Origin: Piromyces finnis finn
Taxonomy: Eukaryota > Fungi > Neocallimastigomycota
Reading direction: 5' to 3'
NCBI GenBank assembly: GCA_002104945.1
Contig: MCFH01000010.1
Coordinates: 124,001 to 188,000 of the forward strand
DNA: 64,000 nt
A model generated the notes under the pieces. That model made no database searches, was not told the origin of the DNA, and saw only the letters and a program-made list of their open reading frames with translations. Position 1 is the stretch's first letter, and each line of letters begins with the position of its first letter. Shown here in pieces: positions 1-14,260 of this stretch. The position numbers and the translations under genes were made by a program.

Positions 1-275
1 TTTTTTTTTTTTTTTTTCTTTTTATCATTTTTAATATTATTTATTGACGAAAAATAAAATATATAGAATATTAGACAGGACATTATAATAATTTCGTAAT
101 AGCAAAAAAAGTCAATTTCAAATTCAATTATCATTATTATCATTTTTAATATAATTCTTTGAATTTCAATAAAATTGATATTACAAATAAAAATAAAGAA
201 TAAATATATTACTTTTGTGAAAAAAATATATTGATAATTATAAAAGAATAAAAAAAATTTGTAATATTAAATATC

Positions 276-3200
276 ATGAGAATGAGTGGACAAAATAAAC
301 GGGATTATGATGTTATGATGGATAATATAGGGTGGGTAAAAATTTAATATTTAATATATATATATATATTTTCTCTTTCTTTTACAAAGGATAGTACTAA
401 AAAATAAGATTATATTAAAAAAAATTAATGTTAATTATTTTTATACAATTATTATTTTATATGCTATAGTTGTTACAGCCCGATAGATCATAATGATGAT
501 GCTGAAACTAATATTAAGAAAACAAAAAATCCAAAAGATAAGAACATACAAGTATGTAACATATTATACAATAAAAAAGTTTTTTTTTTTTTTAAATTTT
601 AATTTTAAAGTGAAGCATTGTGTTAACAAACCTTTTAAAAAATCTTATAAAGGTATTAAGTCCTCCAAATAGTGAACCAGTTTCTAGTTGTACAATAATA
701 AACTCTGGAAGCAATACTAATAGTAGTAGTAGTAGCAGTAATAGTTCACATAATCATTCGTTAAATGAAAATGAAGATGATAAAATAGTTGTTAATGATA
801 CTGATAATAATAAAGAATTTAATAATAAAATAAAGAAAGATAATGAAAATGAATCAAGTATATTAAATATAGATAACGAAAATAATGTAAAAGAAGCAGA
901 TACCATTGAAAAAGAAAATTCATTTAAAAATGAAGAAACAGAAACAGAAACCTCTAAATCACATAAATCAGATAATAAATTAACAGATATAAAAAAAGAG
1001 GATTCTGATTTACCTCTAGAACATATAAAAATATGTACTCAAATTATAAGGAATATTAAACGACATCACGATTCAGGACCATTTTTAAAACCAGTTGACC
1101 CAGTTGCTCTTGGTATACCAGATTATTTTTCAATTATACACCATCCTATGGATATTTCTACTATCGAAAGTAAATTGAAATCACTAGCTTATCAAACAAT
1201 TGATGAATTTATTGATGATTTTTCTTTAATGTTTAAAAATTGTTATGAATACAATGGAACACAACAACCTGTATCACTAATGGCAAAAAATCTAGAAATT
1301 TCATTTAATAATCATTTAAATCATTATTATCATGAAGTAGGTCTTTTTTTTTAAAGTTCTAAAAAAAATATAATATTTATTGAAAAAGAAATTAAAAAGT
1401 AATTAAAATGGAAAATTAACTTTTTTTTTAAAATTATTAAAATGAAAATGCATTTTATAGATAAATAATTCATCAGAAGAATCTTCACAAAGAGAAATTT
1501 TAAATACAAATATCAAGGTATTTATTTATGAACTTTACTATGATTTTTTTATATTAAATTCACATTTTATATTGTATAAACACATAACATATATTAATTT
1601 TTTTATTCTTATTAACAGGATAATTCATTGAATGATAATACTGATAATACAGCAAAAAAAGCAGAAAAAACAGGAGGAAAAACAACATCAAAAAGAAGAA
1701 CAAATAATAGTAGTTTTTATAGTTATTTATATAAAAAAAGTAGTAGTCGTCTAATGAAATCAACAGGAGAAATGGTTGTTTGTAAAGATGTAATTAATGA
1801 AATATTAAAAAAACGTTATGAACACATAAGCTATCCATTTCTTCATCCAGTAGATCCTGTTGCTTTAAATATTCCAGATTATCCACTTATTATTAAAACA
1901 CCAATGGATATATCGACTATACAAGAAAAATTAGATTCTGGAATTTACTTAAAAAAGAAAGAGTTTGAAGAAGATTTTAGACTCATTTTTAAAAATTGTT
2001 ATCAGTATAATCCTGAAGGAACAGATGTATATATTCTTGGTAAACAGTTAGAAGAAATTTTTAATGAACAATGGAGTATGTTAAAATGAAAATATATATA
2101 TATAATTAAATATAGATTGGGCATGAAATAACTAATAAATACATACTTTTTATATATATATTTTACTATTACTTTTTTTTTGGTATTGTATTAATAAATT
2201 ATGATGGTTAAATTCTTATATCATATAGAATATTATAATGACCGTTATGAAAAATCATTACAAACAGAATATAAAAAAATAAATAAAACTAATAGAACTA
2301 CTCATAAAAAATCATCAACAGTATCCCATACTAATATACCATCTATAGCATCCTCCAAAAGAAATTCTCATACAACTACCTACGCTGCAGAAAACACACC
2401 TATAACAATGACAACATTTAATAATTCATCTAATAAAAATGATAATGTAGATATAGTTAGTAAAAACTATTCAAATCATATCACAAAAAAGAATCATATT
2501 AATGATCATAAATCACAAATGCAACACCCTACGGCTATTCCAAATCACGCTCATGCCACAACTACCCCTAAAACATCAATAAAATCAAAAAAACGTTCTA
2601 TATCAACTACAACAATAGCCACTAAATCTAAAGTATCAAAATCAACAATCATACCAACTCAAACTAAATCAAGTCATAAAATAGTAAGAAAAGATGTTAA
2701 GAAAAAAGGAACTGGAAAGATTATTAAGAAAAGAAAAGTCAGTATTAATGAAGACGAGGAAGAAGAAGAAGAAGAAGAAGAAGAAGAAACTACTATACAA
2801 AACAATTATGATAAATTAAATGACTCAGATAATGATGGTAATTAAATATAATAATGATAAATAGTATCATCATCATCATCATCATCATCATCATTATTAT
2901 AAATATTTTTAATAATTATAAGTTATAATGATTATTAATTATTTAAGACACATTTATATTTGTTTCTCCCAAATATACTCTATTAATATTTTTAATACTA
3001 TTTAATTGATACAAATTTATTTATTTTCTTTTTATTTATTAGAACTATTAAAATTAGAAATTGAAGAATTACAAAAAACTTTACAAACATGTACTGCACG
3101 ACTTTCAATGCTTTTAGAACAAAAAAGTGATTCCTTAAATAAAAAACTACCCACAAAAAAATCTACAATGACGCATTCTACTTCAACGACAACAACATCA

Positions 3201-4386
3201 ACGCATTCTTCTTCCACTTTATCTACTTCAAAAGGTAGAAGAAAAACTTCTTCTGTGAATAGAAAAGCTCCACGAAACCAGAAAAGTCATAAAGAGTCAA
3301 GTGTTAAAGCTACAAAATCAAAAAATGGAGGACTTCATTCTTATGAGGAAGAAGACACCCATCCAAATTATAGTTTAGAAGAAGATATTGATGAAATTGA
3401 AGAAGAAGAAATCGATGAAATTCCAGAAAGTCCAGTATATTATGAATCCTATACCGCAGCAAAAGCTGCAAAAAAGAGAGGTAAAAAAAGAAAGGTAGCG
3501 GCAACTGCCAATGTAAAATCTTCACGGAAAATTCATAAAAGAGGAGCAAAGCGAACCAATATTAATAATACTAAAAATAATTATGAAATTGATACGATAC
3601 CAAAAACAAATGGTAATTATTAGTAAGATTAATAATATATTAAAAAAAACTTACCTATTTTTCTTTAATAGGTCTTGTTTTAAATAAAAAAAGTTCATGA
3701 TCATTTACTATTACTATTATTTCCTTTTTTTTTTTATATTAAATGATTATTCAAATTATATTAATAATATTAACAACAATAATAATTATATAAATTATAT
3801 GAATATTTTCAATTTCGTTATTTTTATAGTATCATTTAATATACCATCATTAAACATGAACCAAAAAAGAGAAATTAGTGATTGTATAAATAAACTTCCT
3901 CCAGAAAAAATGTGTGAAGTCGTTCAAATTATACAAGAATCAATTCCATTAGTAAGTTTTTAATTCTCTTTTATAAAAAATAAATTTTTGAAAGTAAGAA
4001 TATTAAAATTTAATGAATAATAATAATAATAATAATAATAATATGTGTTTTATATGTTAATTATTTTTAAAAGGAAACTGGTCAAGAAGAAATAGAATTA
4101 GATATTGAATCTTTTGATAATACCACATTGTGGAAACTTTATCAATTTGTCAAAGAAGATGAAAAGAAACCAAAAAAAAGGAATATAAGAAAAAGAAGTA
4201 AAGTTTTTTTTAATATTTTATTAATAATTCTATTTTATATTTATTTTTGAAATCAAAATATTAACTAAATAATTTTTATATATTATTTTAACAGTTAAGA
4301 ATGAAGTGATGGATCAAAGTGATTCAAGTAATATCTTATCCGATTCTGATTCTGATGATTCTTCAAATAGTAGTGAAGAATCATAA
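276..4386 (+). CDS. BDF1: BET-family double-bromodomain + ET-domain protein (Bdf1-like), 10 exons: 276-331, 479-551, 653-1336, 1461-1517, 1619-2075, 2229-2837, 3043-3612, 3830-3951, 4074-4197, 4295-4386
   Basis: Two bromodomains (PFLKPVDPVALGIPDYFSIIHHPMDISTIESKL...NCYEYN; PFLHPVDPVALNIPDYPLIIKTPMDISTIQEKL...NCYQYN), a coiled coil, and an ET domain (MNQKREISDCINKLPPEKMCEVVQII...EEIELDIESFDNTTLWKLYQFV). GT-AG introns join all ORF-track pieces in frame and end in an acidic S/D tail with TAA at 4384-4386. The 5' exons are less certain. Confidence 0.92.
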
Positions 4387-4394
4387 AAAACATA

Positions 4395-4425
<31 letters not shown>

Positions 4426-5309
4426 GATCAATTCAAACTAATACCTAAAATAATACAAAAATAGTATAATACAACCACAATAATGACAAATCATACGAAT
4501 GTACAGAAATCACTTCAAATCTAATATTATAATTATACAACAATACATTATATTATATTGAATATAATGTAAAACTTTATATAATTAAAACTTTTTCAAT
4601 AATATATTTTTTTGTAATTTTCATTTATTGCCTTTTATTATTATTTATTCTTTATATATTTTTTATATTTCTATTTTTATACATATGAATAATTAACTAT
4701 ATTTCTTTTTTTTTTTTTTTTATAAGATATTAATTCATGTACATATACTTATAATATTATTAATAATTATTTAATTTTTTTTTTCCTCTAAACAAAGTAT
4801 CTTAACATTTCATAAAAATCGATATATGTATTTAACGAAATTTATTTATATAAAAATTTTATTTAGTCTTTTTACTTTTTTTTAATGAAAGTAATAATAT
4901 TTGAAACCATTTTTATTATCATATTTAATACTTTTTTTTTTTTTTATTTTTATTATTTTTATAACTTTTAACACAGTTTTTCTAATAAATATACATTGCC
5001 TAAATTATATAATAAAGTTAAATTCCATTAAAGATATTATTTCTTATATAACAATTAAGAAAAAAGTTTTTTTTCTTTTATGACATAGACATTATATAAT
5101 TTTATTATTATTTATTTACTTTAAACTTATTTCATAAATGATATACAAATATATAGAAATTATTCAAAATTAATGCTAAATGATTACGAAATGTAGTAAA
5201 AATACTTAACCAATTTATTAGCGTGTAATCCTAGAAATAATAAAATAATAGGATTATAAAAATGTCGAAGCTAATGATACAATTTGCTAGATATTTTTAT
5301 ACGCATTTT

Positions 5310-5600
5310 ATATTTTCCCTTTTTCCTTTTTTCTTCTATTGAACCTCCAAGTTGACTTGAAATTATAGTTTCATTTCAGAAATGAGCTTTTTAAAAATTT
5401 CTTTGCTATTTATTCCAAGAATTTCATTGGATATTTGTATAAGCTTATCACTATCCTTTATTTTTTTGAAATAATATTATTTTTTCTTTGCTTTTACAGC
5501 AGATACAACTTCAAGAAATGACAAATATAATTAGCATTTAAACATTTTTATTACCTAGAATTATTCATTTTCTGGTATTTCTGTAAGTTCTTTAATTTTA
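5310..5600 (-). pseudogene. Degraded coding fragment of unknown origin
   Basis: A locally GC-richer patch reads on the minus strand as KIKDSDKLIQISNEILGINSKEIFKKLISEMKL* with further stops. No start codon or family was recognised. Confidence 0.25.
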
Positions 5601-5860
5601 TAAAGATTATATAAAATATTAAAATATCTAATCTAAAATAATAAAATAATCCCTAAATATAAAAGTTCACTAATCTATATATTCTATATATTAAATAAAG
5701 TAAGTATAGTCTTTAAAATTTTTAATTTTTAAATAGTGACAATTTCTGTTATTAAATTAAAAATTTTGAATATTTCTTTATTTTATATATTTAATCATAA
5801 ATGTATGATTGAATATATAATTATAATTAGTTCATTATAATTATGAATTAGTTTTTTCAT

Positions 5861-5898
<38 letters not shown>

Positions 5899-7684
5899 AG
5901 CAATATTTTTATTTCTTTTGAATAACAATAAAGTCAAAAAAAAAGTTAAGATTTATTTTTTTTTCTTTTTTTTTTAACAAATAAAATTTTATTAATAATA
6001 AAATTTTTGGGTTAGATTATATATAAAGAACTTTTTTTATATTTTGTTATTTGAAAAGTATTAAATATCTTTTTTTTTTTTCTTTCTTTTTTATAAATTT
6101 AAAATAATAAATATTTGAATAGGAAATACTCTATAAATATTGAAATAACATTAACCAAAAAAAAAAAAAAAAAACTTTTTTCCTATTTCTCAATATTATT
6201 AATCTTATTTCTTTTTTATGTTAAGTATTATTAATTAAACTTTATTTAGTATTATTTTGAAAGTTAATGAAAAACATAATACAAAACAAATAGATCAAAA
6301 TACAACATTCTTTATAATTTAAAATTATTTATTTTACTTTTTCATTAGGTTTATTTTATATTCAATCAATTATAATTATCAAAATAAGAAATATATATAT
6401 ATTAAATATATATAATATTTAATCCTAGCCATCATACTATTATTAAATAATAATAAAACAATAAAAGAAATAGTATTTTTATTAAAACTATACAAAGTAT
6501 CTTTTTTTAATATAAATATAATATTCAATTTTAATAATAAAAAGTTAATAAATCCTGCATCATTGTTGCCAATAAATAATTTTAATAAAAAAAGATACTT
6601 GATTTATTATTTTTGTGTATTACAAAAATGATAGGTTTAAGCATACAAATTTTGTGTTACTAGGATTAATTAGATAAGAAATCCAATACTTATTCATAAT
6701 TGAATTAAAAACTTTATTGGATAGTTAATTACTACAAAATAAAAATTTTTATAGCTTAATTATTATTATTATTAGTTTTTTTTCCCATTGAGTATCATCG
6801 AATTAGGCTGACTTTTTTTTTTTTTTGTCGTGGTAGTATTGTATTATTAATTATATTGTTACTTTTAATATATATGTAATTTTGAAATGAATGACATCTA
6901 ATGAATTTTATCATATCACATACTATTTCTTTTTATATCTCATTACCTATAGTAAGAATGACTACAAATATAAAATAGTATTGTATAATATTAAATATGG
7001 ATATTAAAAAAAGGACATTATTATTAGTTATGATAATAAAGGTTTTTATTATTTTATGCATAATTCATACTCTATTGAAAATAAAAGAAGAATAATTATA
7101 TGATTTTATTATTTTTGATCTATTAATACTAAAATAATTAGCATTATTCATTTTAACTTATTAAAGTAAAATAATAAACCATCCCTTAATTTAATATACC
7201 TTTTAATATATAATAATATGACAAATAATTTTAATTATTGATTGATTTCACACCATTTTAATCATTTTATATTTATGTCATTATTGAAAGATAATTTTAT
7301 ATACAGGAAAAAGAATAAGGCAGTACACCGTTTCTTTTTTAAATCAATTTATTTTAAACTCGTATTATTTGATATTAACATAACCTCTTTATTAATTATA
7401 TATAAAATCATTTCCTAATGAATAAGTAATAATGAACTGATACCATGAAATACATTATGGTGCATCTACTTTCTGCAAAAAAAAGTATGCATTTACATAA
7501 AAAAAAAGTATGCATTTACAAAAAAAAAGGATAATTTAAAGTTTTTTTTTAAATGGATCATATATTTATTAATAATATATTACAACATAATATAAGTCCA
7601 TATATTATTTAATTATTACATTTATATTTTTAATATAATATTTTGTCAACATTTTAAATTAAAAACAATCCAATTTATAAGTTA

Positions 7685-7771
7685 TAACATTATAAAAATT
7701 AATTTGTTTAATGTTTTATTATTTATTAACATTATAAAAATTAATTTGTTTAATGTTTTATTATTTATTAA
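7685..7771. repeat. Perfect 42-bp tandem duplication
   Basis: taacattataaaaattaatttgtttaatgttttattatttat occurs at 7685-7726 and 7727-7768. A smaller duplication (aaaaaaagtatgcatttaca) lies at 7478-7497 and 7501-7520. Confidence 0.85.
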
Positions 7772-10069
7772 AGTTTTCATGGTGTTACACCTTCTTTAAC
7801 CTATTAATTGAATTAAAAAGTATTATCCTTTATTAAATAATTGTTCCAATTAAACATTTTATTTTATATATTATTGTGAAGTTTATATAAAAAGGATTAA
7901 ATTATTTTTATTTATTTTGAATAGATTTATTGTTTATTCATAATATACATATTATATATAGGTAAAAAAATGTTCCAAATTCTAAATTTTTATCATTATT
8001 GCTGCTTCAGAATTATGAATCATTTTGGATAAAATATAAAAAAATAATAAAAGGTTTATAAAGTTTTAAGCATAAAAATATCATGTATTATTTTTTTTTT
8101 CCTTTTTAAATTTAGTTTTCCCTATGTTTCTTTTTCAAAGATGATAATTATACATCCTTATAATAAATATTGGTATTTTAATTGTGTGACACTTTATTTA
8201 TGAATGAAATTATTCATGCTATATTGATCGAATAAATTTATTCTTCAATATATAACAATCATTTCATTTTAGTGGTTAATTTTTATTTTGTAAAATAAAA
8301 TGTTTTAAATAATTAATTCGTCATTTATCTTTTTTTTTTTTTCTTTTTAAAAAAAATTACCTTTGTTGTTATAGCGTCATAATGTTAATCATCGACTCCT
8401 TTTTTTTTTTATATATATAATTTAAACAACAAACTAACAAACATGAAGAAAAAAAATATGAAAACTTCTTACTAATCAAATATGGAAATAATTATTTTTT
8501 ATTTATGATTATTTATATATTTATAATATATTAATGATACATTAAATGAATTGAATTATAATTTAATATCATTATATTTTAATATATTAAATACATTATG
8601 TAATAAAACAAATAGTTATCAATATATATATGGAAATTTTTTGAAATGTTTTTTTATCTAATAAATATTCATATGATAGATTTATGATTTTTTTATAAAG
8701 TATTCTATATTAATTGTTATAACAAAAAAAAGATAGAGATGGTAATATAATAAAGTAAAAAAAGAAATAGTTAAATGTATACTAAGTAATATTAACTTTT
8801 ATAGAGATACTCTTTTAGTTTTAATAATGATAAATAATATTTAATAATGAATCAATAATTTATTTATCTTTAGTTTCTATTATCAAATAACTATACATTT
8901 TGATAATGGTAAAAAATTAATTTTATGTCATGATTGTATAAATTAATTTTTAATTAAATCAAAATTAAATAAGCAAGAAAAATTGTTTAAAATTATAAAA
9001 TACTAGTTTTTTTTAAAAGAAAAAGATATGAAAATAAATATATTTTTCTTTATTAAAACAAATAATAATAGTATATACTAACTGCTTTCTTTTTTTTTTT
9101 AAAAACAAGCATAATTACTATTGGCAATTTGTAGATTTAAAAAAAAAAGATTAAGCCGTTTTAATTTAATTATCCTCCATAAAAAAATATTTTTTGATAA
9201 TAATACTTAATTTAAATTATCCTCATTTTTTAATTTGACTTTAATATTATGTTTAATTAATATTTAATTTATTCTGAATATTATGAAAAGGATAGATTAA
9301 AAATTTAAATTTATTTTTGGATATCACTATAATAATAATTTAATATTAAATTGATTTTAATTCATTAGCTAAAACTATATATTTTATTCAATTGATCTAA
9401 TACATATTAGTATATATAACATATATAACACATTAAACTCTGTTATTGGATATATATTTCAAAGACACGTTGCACAAAATAAATTAAACTAAATTAAATT
9501 AAAAAATAAAAAAATTTCTTTTTTTTTTGTTTTATTAAAAGAAGTAGCATTATTTTTAAAACAAAGTTAAAATAAGGCAGTATAGTATTATTAAGTAAAT
9601 GCTAAAGGAAAGAAAAAAAAGGTAAAATTTATCAAGAAGCTTATTTCAGCTTATTCTGTTCATTTTATTTTACTTTTTTTTTTTAAATAATAAAGAAAAT
9701 AATTGAATCATTATTTTTTTTGATAAATAGTAGTAATAAAAGAAAGTATTATACTCTTTTCACATAAAACAATTTTATTTCATTAATGGCTTAATTAATT
9801 ATATTACAAATTATTTTCTATTTCTTCTTATGTAGTACTTTTTTCATTATTTTCTTTTTGAAGATGTTTAAAAGAGAATTTTAATTTTATTATATATTAT
9901 GGTTTGAAACTTTTTTTAGTAAATTTTAGATAAAATATTATTTATTAATAAAGTTTTATTTTGGAAAAGAATGTTAATGAGAAAGTGTTTCAAATAATTA
10001 TTATTTAATAATACTTAATAAAAAAATAATTAATTAATAATAAAGCTTAGCACAAATAATCTAATAATC

Positions 10070-10208
<139 letters not shown>

Positions 10209-12101
10209 TAATAGTAATTTAATCCTATATTATTATAACTTTTAAACAAAATTTATACTATTTTATATATTTTTTTATATAGCAATCATTTTTAATAGTA
10301 ATGAAAAAGCTGTATAGTAAAAAAAAAATAGTGATTAATGACATATAATGAAACCATTATTCTCTATTTTCTTTATGTAGTAATTCTTCAATTCAACTAC
10401 TCTATAAATTAATATTTATAATTCTCCTTAATTACATTAATCTTTTTTTTTTATTAATAAAATAGAAACAAAATCTTAAAATGAAATTAAATAATTTAAA
10501 AAAGGTAATACTATTAAATTATAGGATTGGTAAACATTTTGATTTTTTAATAAAATGTTTTCATAAAAAGATATCTAGATTTTTTTAAATTTAAAAAATT
10601 AAATTTTATATTTAAATACTCCTTTTCTTTACTATTTGCATATGATAATGGTGATGAGTTTTTTTATATATATTTATCTGAAGACACTTTTTAATAAAAA
10701 AGTTTTTTTTTTTTTTTAAAAGAATGGCTACCTTAAAATTTTTTTTAAAGTTGTCATTCTTTTTTATATTAATATTTATATTAATAATTCATGTTATATT
10801 GTTCTTTTTGAAAAAATTTCTTTTCTTAATCATAGCCAGCCCATTAAAAGACAAAAAAACAAAAAATAAAATAAATAATTAAAAATAATGAATTTGTACT
10901 ATTTATTTTCTTGTAATACATGATTTAAATAGTAATATATTAAAATTGATTTATTTATATGTTGATAAAATTTGTATTACTGACATATAAATTAATATAT
11001 TTAAATCAACTGTTTTAATAACAACAATAAATAGTCTAAATATAGAAAATATAAATTATAGTATATATTATCAGCTTAATATAATATATTAACATACTAT
11101 ATTAAGTATTAATTTATTATTAATTAATAAAGTTCTTAGTATATTAACCTTTTTAAATTTAATATATAAATTAATTAACTAAATTATTAATGAATAATAT
11201 AACCTTATTTATTAATATTTTTATAATGTAAACTTTAATTAATAATGAAATGTTAAAAATATTTATTTTTTATTTATATGAAGAATAAATAAAACTAAAA
11301 TTAAATAGTCAAAAATGTTAATATATAGTTTAATATATCATTAAATTATCTTTTATATTACTAAGCATTTATTTTAATAAATCTATACTATATATTAATA
11401 TTTATGTAAAATATATTTACTATTAAATTTTTTAAAAGAATAGGATTTCTTTTTAATTCTATATATTTTATTATATATTTTGTATTAACATATAATAAAT
11501 GATGACCGCATATATTTTAATTAACATTTTAGTTTTCCATATATTATCTTATTAATTTTATATTAATTTTATTTATTAAATTTAGTCTATTTAAAACAAG
11601 AAATTCAACAACACAACAACATAAAATTTCTTTTATTAATTTTTAAAAATCCTATATAAACATTTAATTTCACCTTTTTAAAATTTTAAACAAAAAAAAG
11701 AAAGTTTTTTTAATAAAAAAAAAATTTTTTTAAAAAAAAGTAAAAATAGTGAATTTAAAATTCTTTATAAAAAATCTTTATATAGGTAAAAAATAAATAT
11801 GCTATATGCTAATTTAAATTTCATTACTGTATTAAAACTATAGTATAATATAAAGAAGTAGTAAGAATAATAAAATTTTAATACATTTTTTATATAAAAT
11901 ATATTATAGATAAAATAGTATTACAATAATACTATATTAATCTCAAAAAACAGGAAGTTTTAAATAGCACTATTAAAAAAAAAAAAGAAGAAATAAATAG
12001 CAATTTTAAAACAAGAATTATTTCTATCTTTTTTTTTTTTTAAAAAAAAGTTATAAAATTAATAAAATAAGAAATAAATAATATTCAACTTTACATACAA
12101 A

Positions 12102-13091
12102 ATGACTAAAACAGGAAACTCAGCCGATTTAATAAATAATTTATTATTAAATTTAGATAATTTAATAATTAATAAAGAAAACAATGATCTAGAAAATATT
12201 AAAGAAGTTGGTAACAGTATACAAGATCAATTAGAATCTTTAAAAAACGAAACCGAAAAAATAACAAGTCAATATACCCAAAATAATATAAAATCAAAAA
12301 GTAAAAAGATACCACCACCAATTATTACAGGTAAATATCGCAAACGTTCACAATTCCAAACGATTGATGATATGTTATTAGAATTAAATAATGCTTCTAT
12401 TCAAACTTATGGTGGCAATAAAACTCCAAAAAGTGGTAAAGGAAGAAAAATTCCAGATTCTTTTATAGATCCACGTCGTTATTCTGACCCATATAAATAC
12501 ACTATTTTATCTACTTTAGATGAAACTGAAGGAGGAGAAGAGGAAGAAGATAATTTAAATAATCCTCAAACACCAAAAACATCTATTCCTTATTACAGTA
12601 GAAAGAAGGAATACAAGAATATTAATGGAGGTTATATGATTCAATACTCATCTCCAAATACTCCTCGTGGTTTAAGAAATCGTTCATATTCCCAACCTGA
12701 ACGTTATTCTTCAGCAACAAAAAATATATTATCTTCATCACAATTTGAAAGTTCTTTATATAGTATGAAGCCAAATTCTGGTAAAACATCAATGGAATAC
12801 CTTAATAGAATTAAAAACAGTGTAAACAATGAAAAAATGAATAAAAATAGTGACGTTTTAGTTAAACCACCAAGAACATCTTCAATGAGTAATTATGGAA
12901 ATTATAAAAAAACTATGAATAAAACTGAAGAATATTCAGGTAGTGATATTTCTGATTCCGATCAAAGCTTAGAACCAAATTATTATTCATATAATTCTGG
13001 AGAAGTACATTTATCTGAAAAGAAAGGATATTTGGCTTTAGAAAATAAATCATCCTTTCACTCAGATATAACTTTGGTTAATGAAGAATAA
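12102..13091 (+). CDS. Intronless hypothetical protein, 329 aa (N-terminal coiled-coil-like segment, S/P/N-rich disordered remainder)
   Basis: A 990-bp ATG-to-TAA ORF in DNA where random ORFs are short, with higher GC than its flanks. No domain was recognised. Confidence 0.7.
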   Translation: MTKTGNSADLINNLLLNLDNLIINKENNDLENIKEVGNSIQDQLESLKNETEKITSQYTQNNIKSKSKKIPPPIITGKYRKRSQFQTIDDMLLELNNASIQTYGGNKTPKSGKGRKIPDSFIDPRRYSDPYKYTILSTLDETEGGEEEEDNLNNPQTPKTSIPYYSRKKEYKNINGGYMIQYSSPNTPRGLRNRSYSQPERYSSATKNILSSSQFESSLYSMKPNSGKTSMEYLNRIKNSVNNEKMNKNSDVLVKPPRTSSMSNYGNYKKTMNKTEEYSGSDISDSDQSLEPNYYSYNSGEVHLSEKKGYLALENKSSFHSDITLVNEE

Positions 13092-13879
13092 TTATTAAAC
13101 AAAAATTAACTTTTGTAAAAAAACACTATTTTTCTTTAAAAGTAAAGAAAAGAAAATAAAAATATAAAATTAATAGAATAATCAATTTCATCTTAATCTT
13201 TTAGTATTTTAAATGATAAAATACATTAAAGGTGATATTGATAATGTTAAGATTATTAAAAAAAAAAAAAAACGAAAAAAGGAAATTAAAAAAGAAAGAA
13301 AAGAAAATTAAATATATGTTTTGAATTTTCTTATGGAAAATCGTAATGTCATAATATATATTTAAAAATAAGTTTACTGAATCATTTCTTTTTTATTTTT
13401 TATATTTTTCTATTTTTTTTTTTTAAAATATTTATTTATTTATTTATTTAATTTAGAAACATTATTAACTTAAAATAACTATTAATAATTTTTTTTGTAA
13501 TTATATTTATAATAATAAAAATTAACGAAATAAACACTTAGTTAATTCGTAAGGCAAATCATTTTTATTATTTTACCTTAATAAGGTTAAATATAATAAT
13601 GATATAGGGAATTTTAAATTTTTATTATTATTATTTATTTATTTTTTTTTTAAAAAAAGTTTTAATAAAAATTCCTCATGTGTAAATATTAAAAAAAAAA
13701 AAAAAAAAGGCAACTTCTAATATATATTTAAAACGACAACAAAAACAAGTAACAATAGCAAAAAAATAAATATAACAATAAAAATAATAAAAACATATAA
13801 AACAAGATATTTTTTTTATTTTTATATTTTATTTTACAAATTGTTCATTTTTTAATAATCCTTTTGATAATAATACACA

Positions 13880-14059
13880 TAACGATGGTAATGATGATAG
13901 GAAAATCAATAGTAACAATTATGTTTATAATTGTAGAAATATTATTGGTTTTATTAATAATAGTAATTTGCAAGTGTCAGGTTAATAGGACACTTACGAA
14001 GGAACACATGTATTATAATTTTAATTAAATTAATAATAAAGTTTAAAATATTTGATGCC

Positions 14060-14091
<32 letters not shown>

Positions 14092-14260
14092 GAAGGAACA
14101 CCATTATTGACGATAACAGTGGATCTTTCAACCAAAATCATGCCTTTTGTTATTGGCCAATAATGGTCAATGTTCAAAAGGTTTGAAGCATCATCTAAGA
14201 GCGTCAATACTGAAGAAACAGTAAGACAGGCCAGGAGGGCCAGCATAACCAATGGAGATC
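13880..14260 (+). mobile_element. Old, degraded 3' fragment of LINE family B carrying a nested insertion
   Basis: gcaagtgtcaggttaataggacacttacgaaggaacac ... cattattgacgataacagtggatctttcaaccaaaatcatgccttttg ... ccaggagggccagcataaccaatggagatcataatttt aligns with 59355-59560 with many substitutions. The left boundary is approximate. Confidence 0.9.
14008..14090 (+). mobile_element. Extremely 5'-truncated family B insertion: 55 nt + poly(A), flanked by 12-bp TSD acgaaggaacac
   Basis: 14008-14062 is identical to 59753-59807. The A-run spans 14063-14090. TSD copies lie at 13996-14007 and 14090-14101. Confidence 0.92.

Noticed and set aside
4901-5083. Short hydrophobic F/I/L/Y-rich ORFs (also 1560-1763, 43862-44071, 60882-61076)
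   Set aside because: These are expected artefacts of poly-T and AT-rich DNA, with no ATG context, motifs or splice support.
14061-14252. 63-aa minus-strand ORF, and the similar ORFs at 59368-59553 and 59543-59773
   Set aside because: They read through LINE 3' sequence and poly(A) and are not genes.
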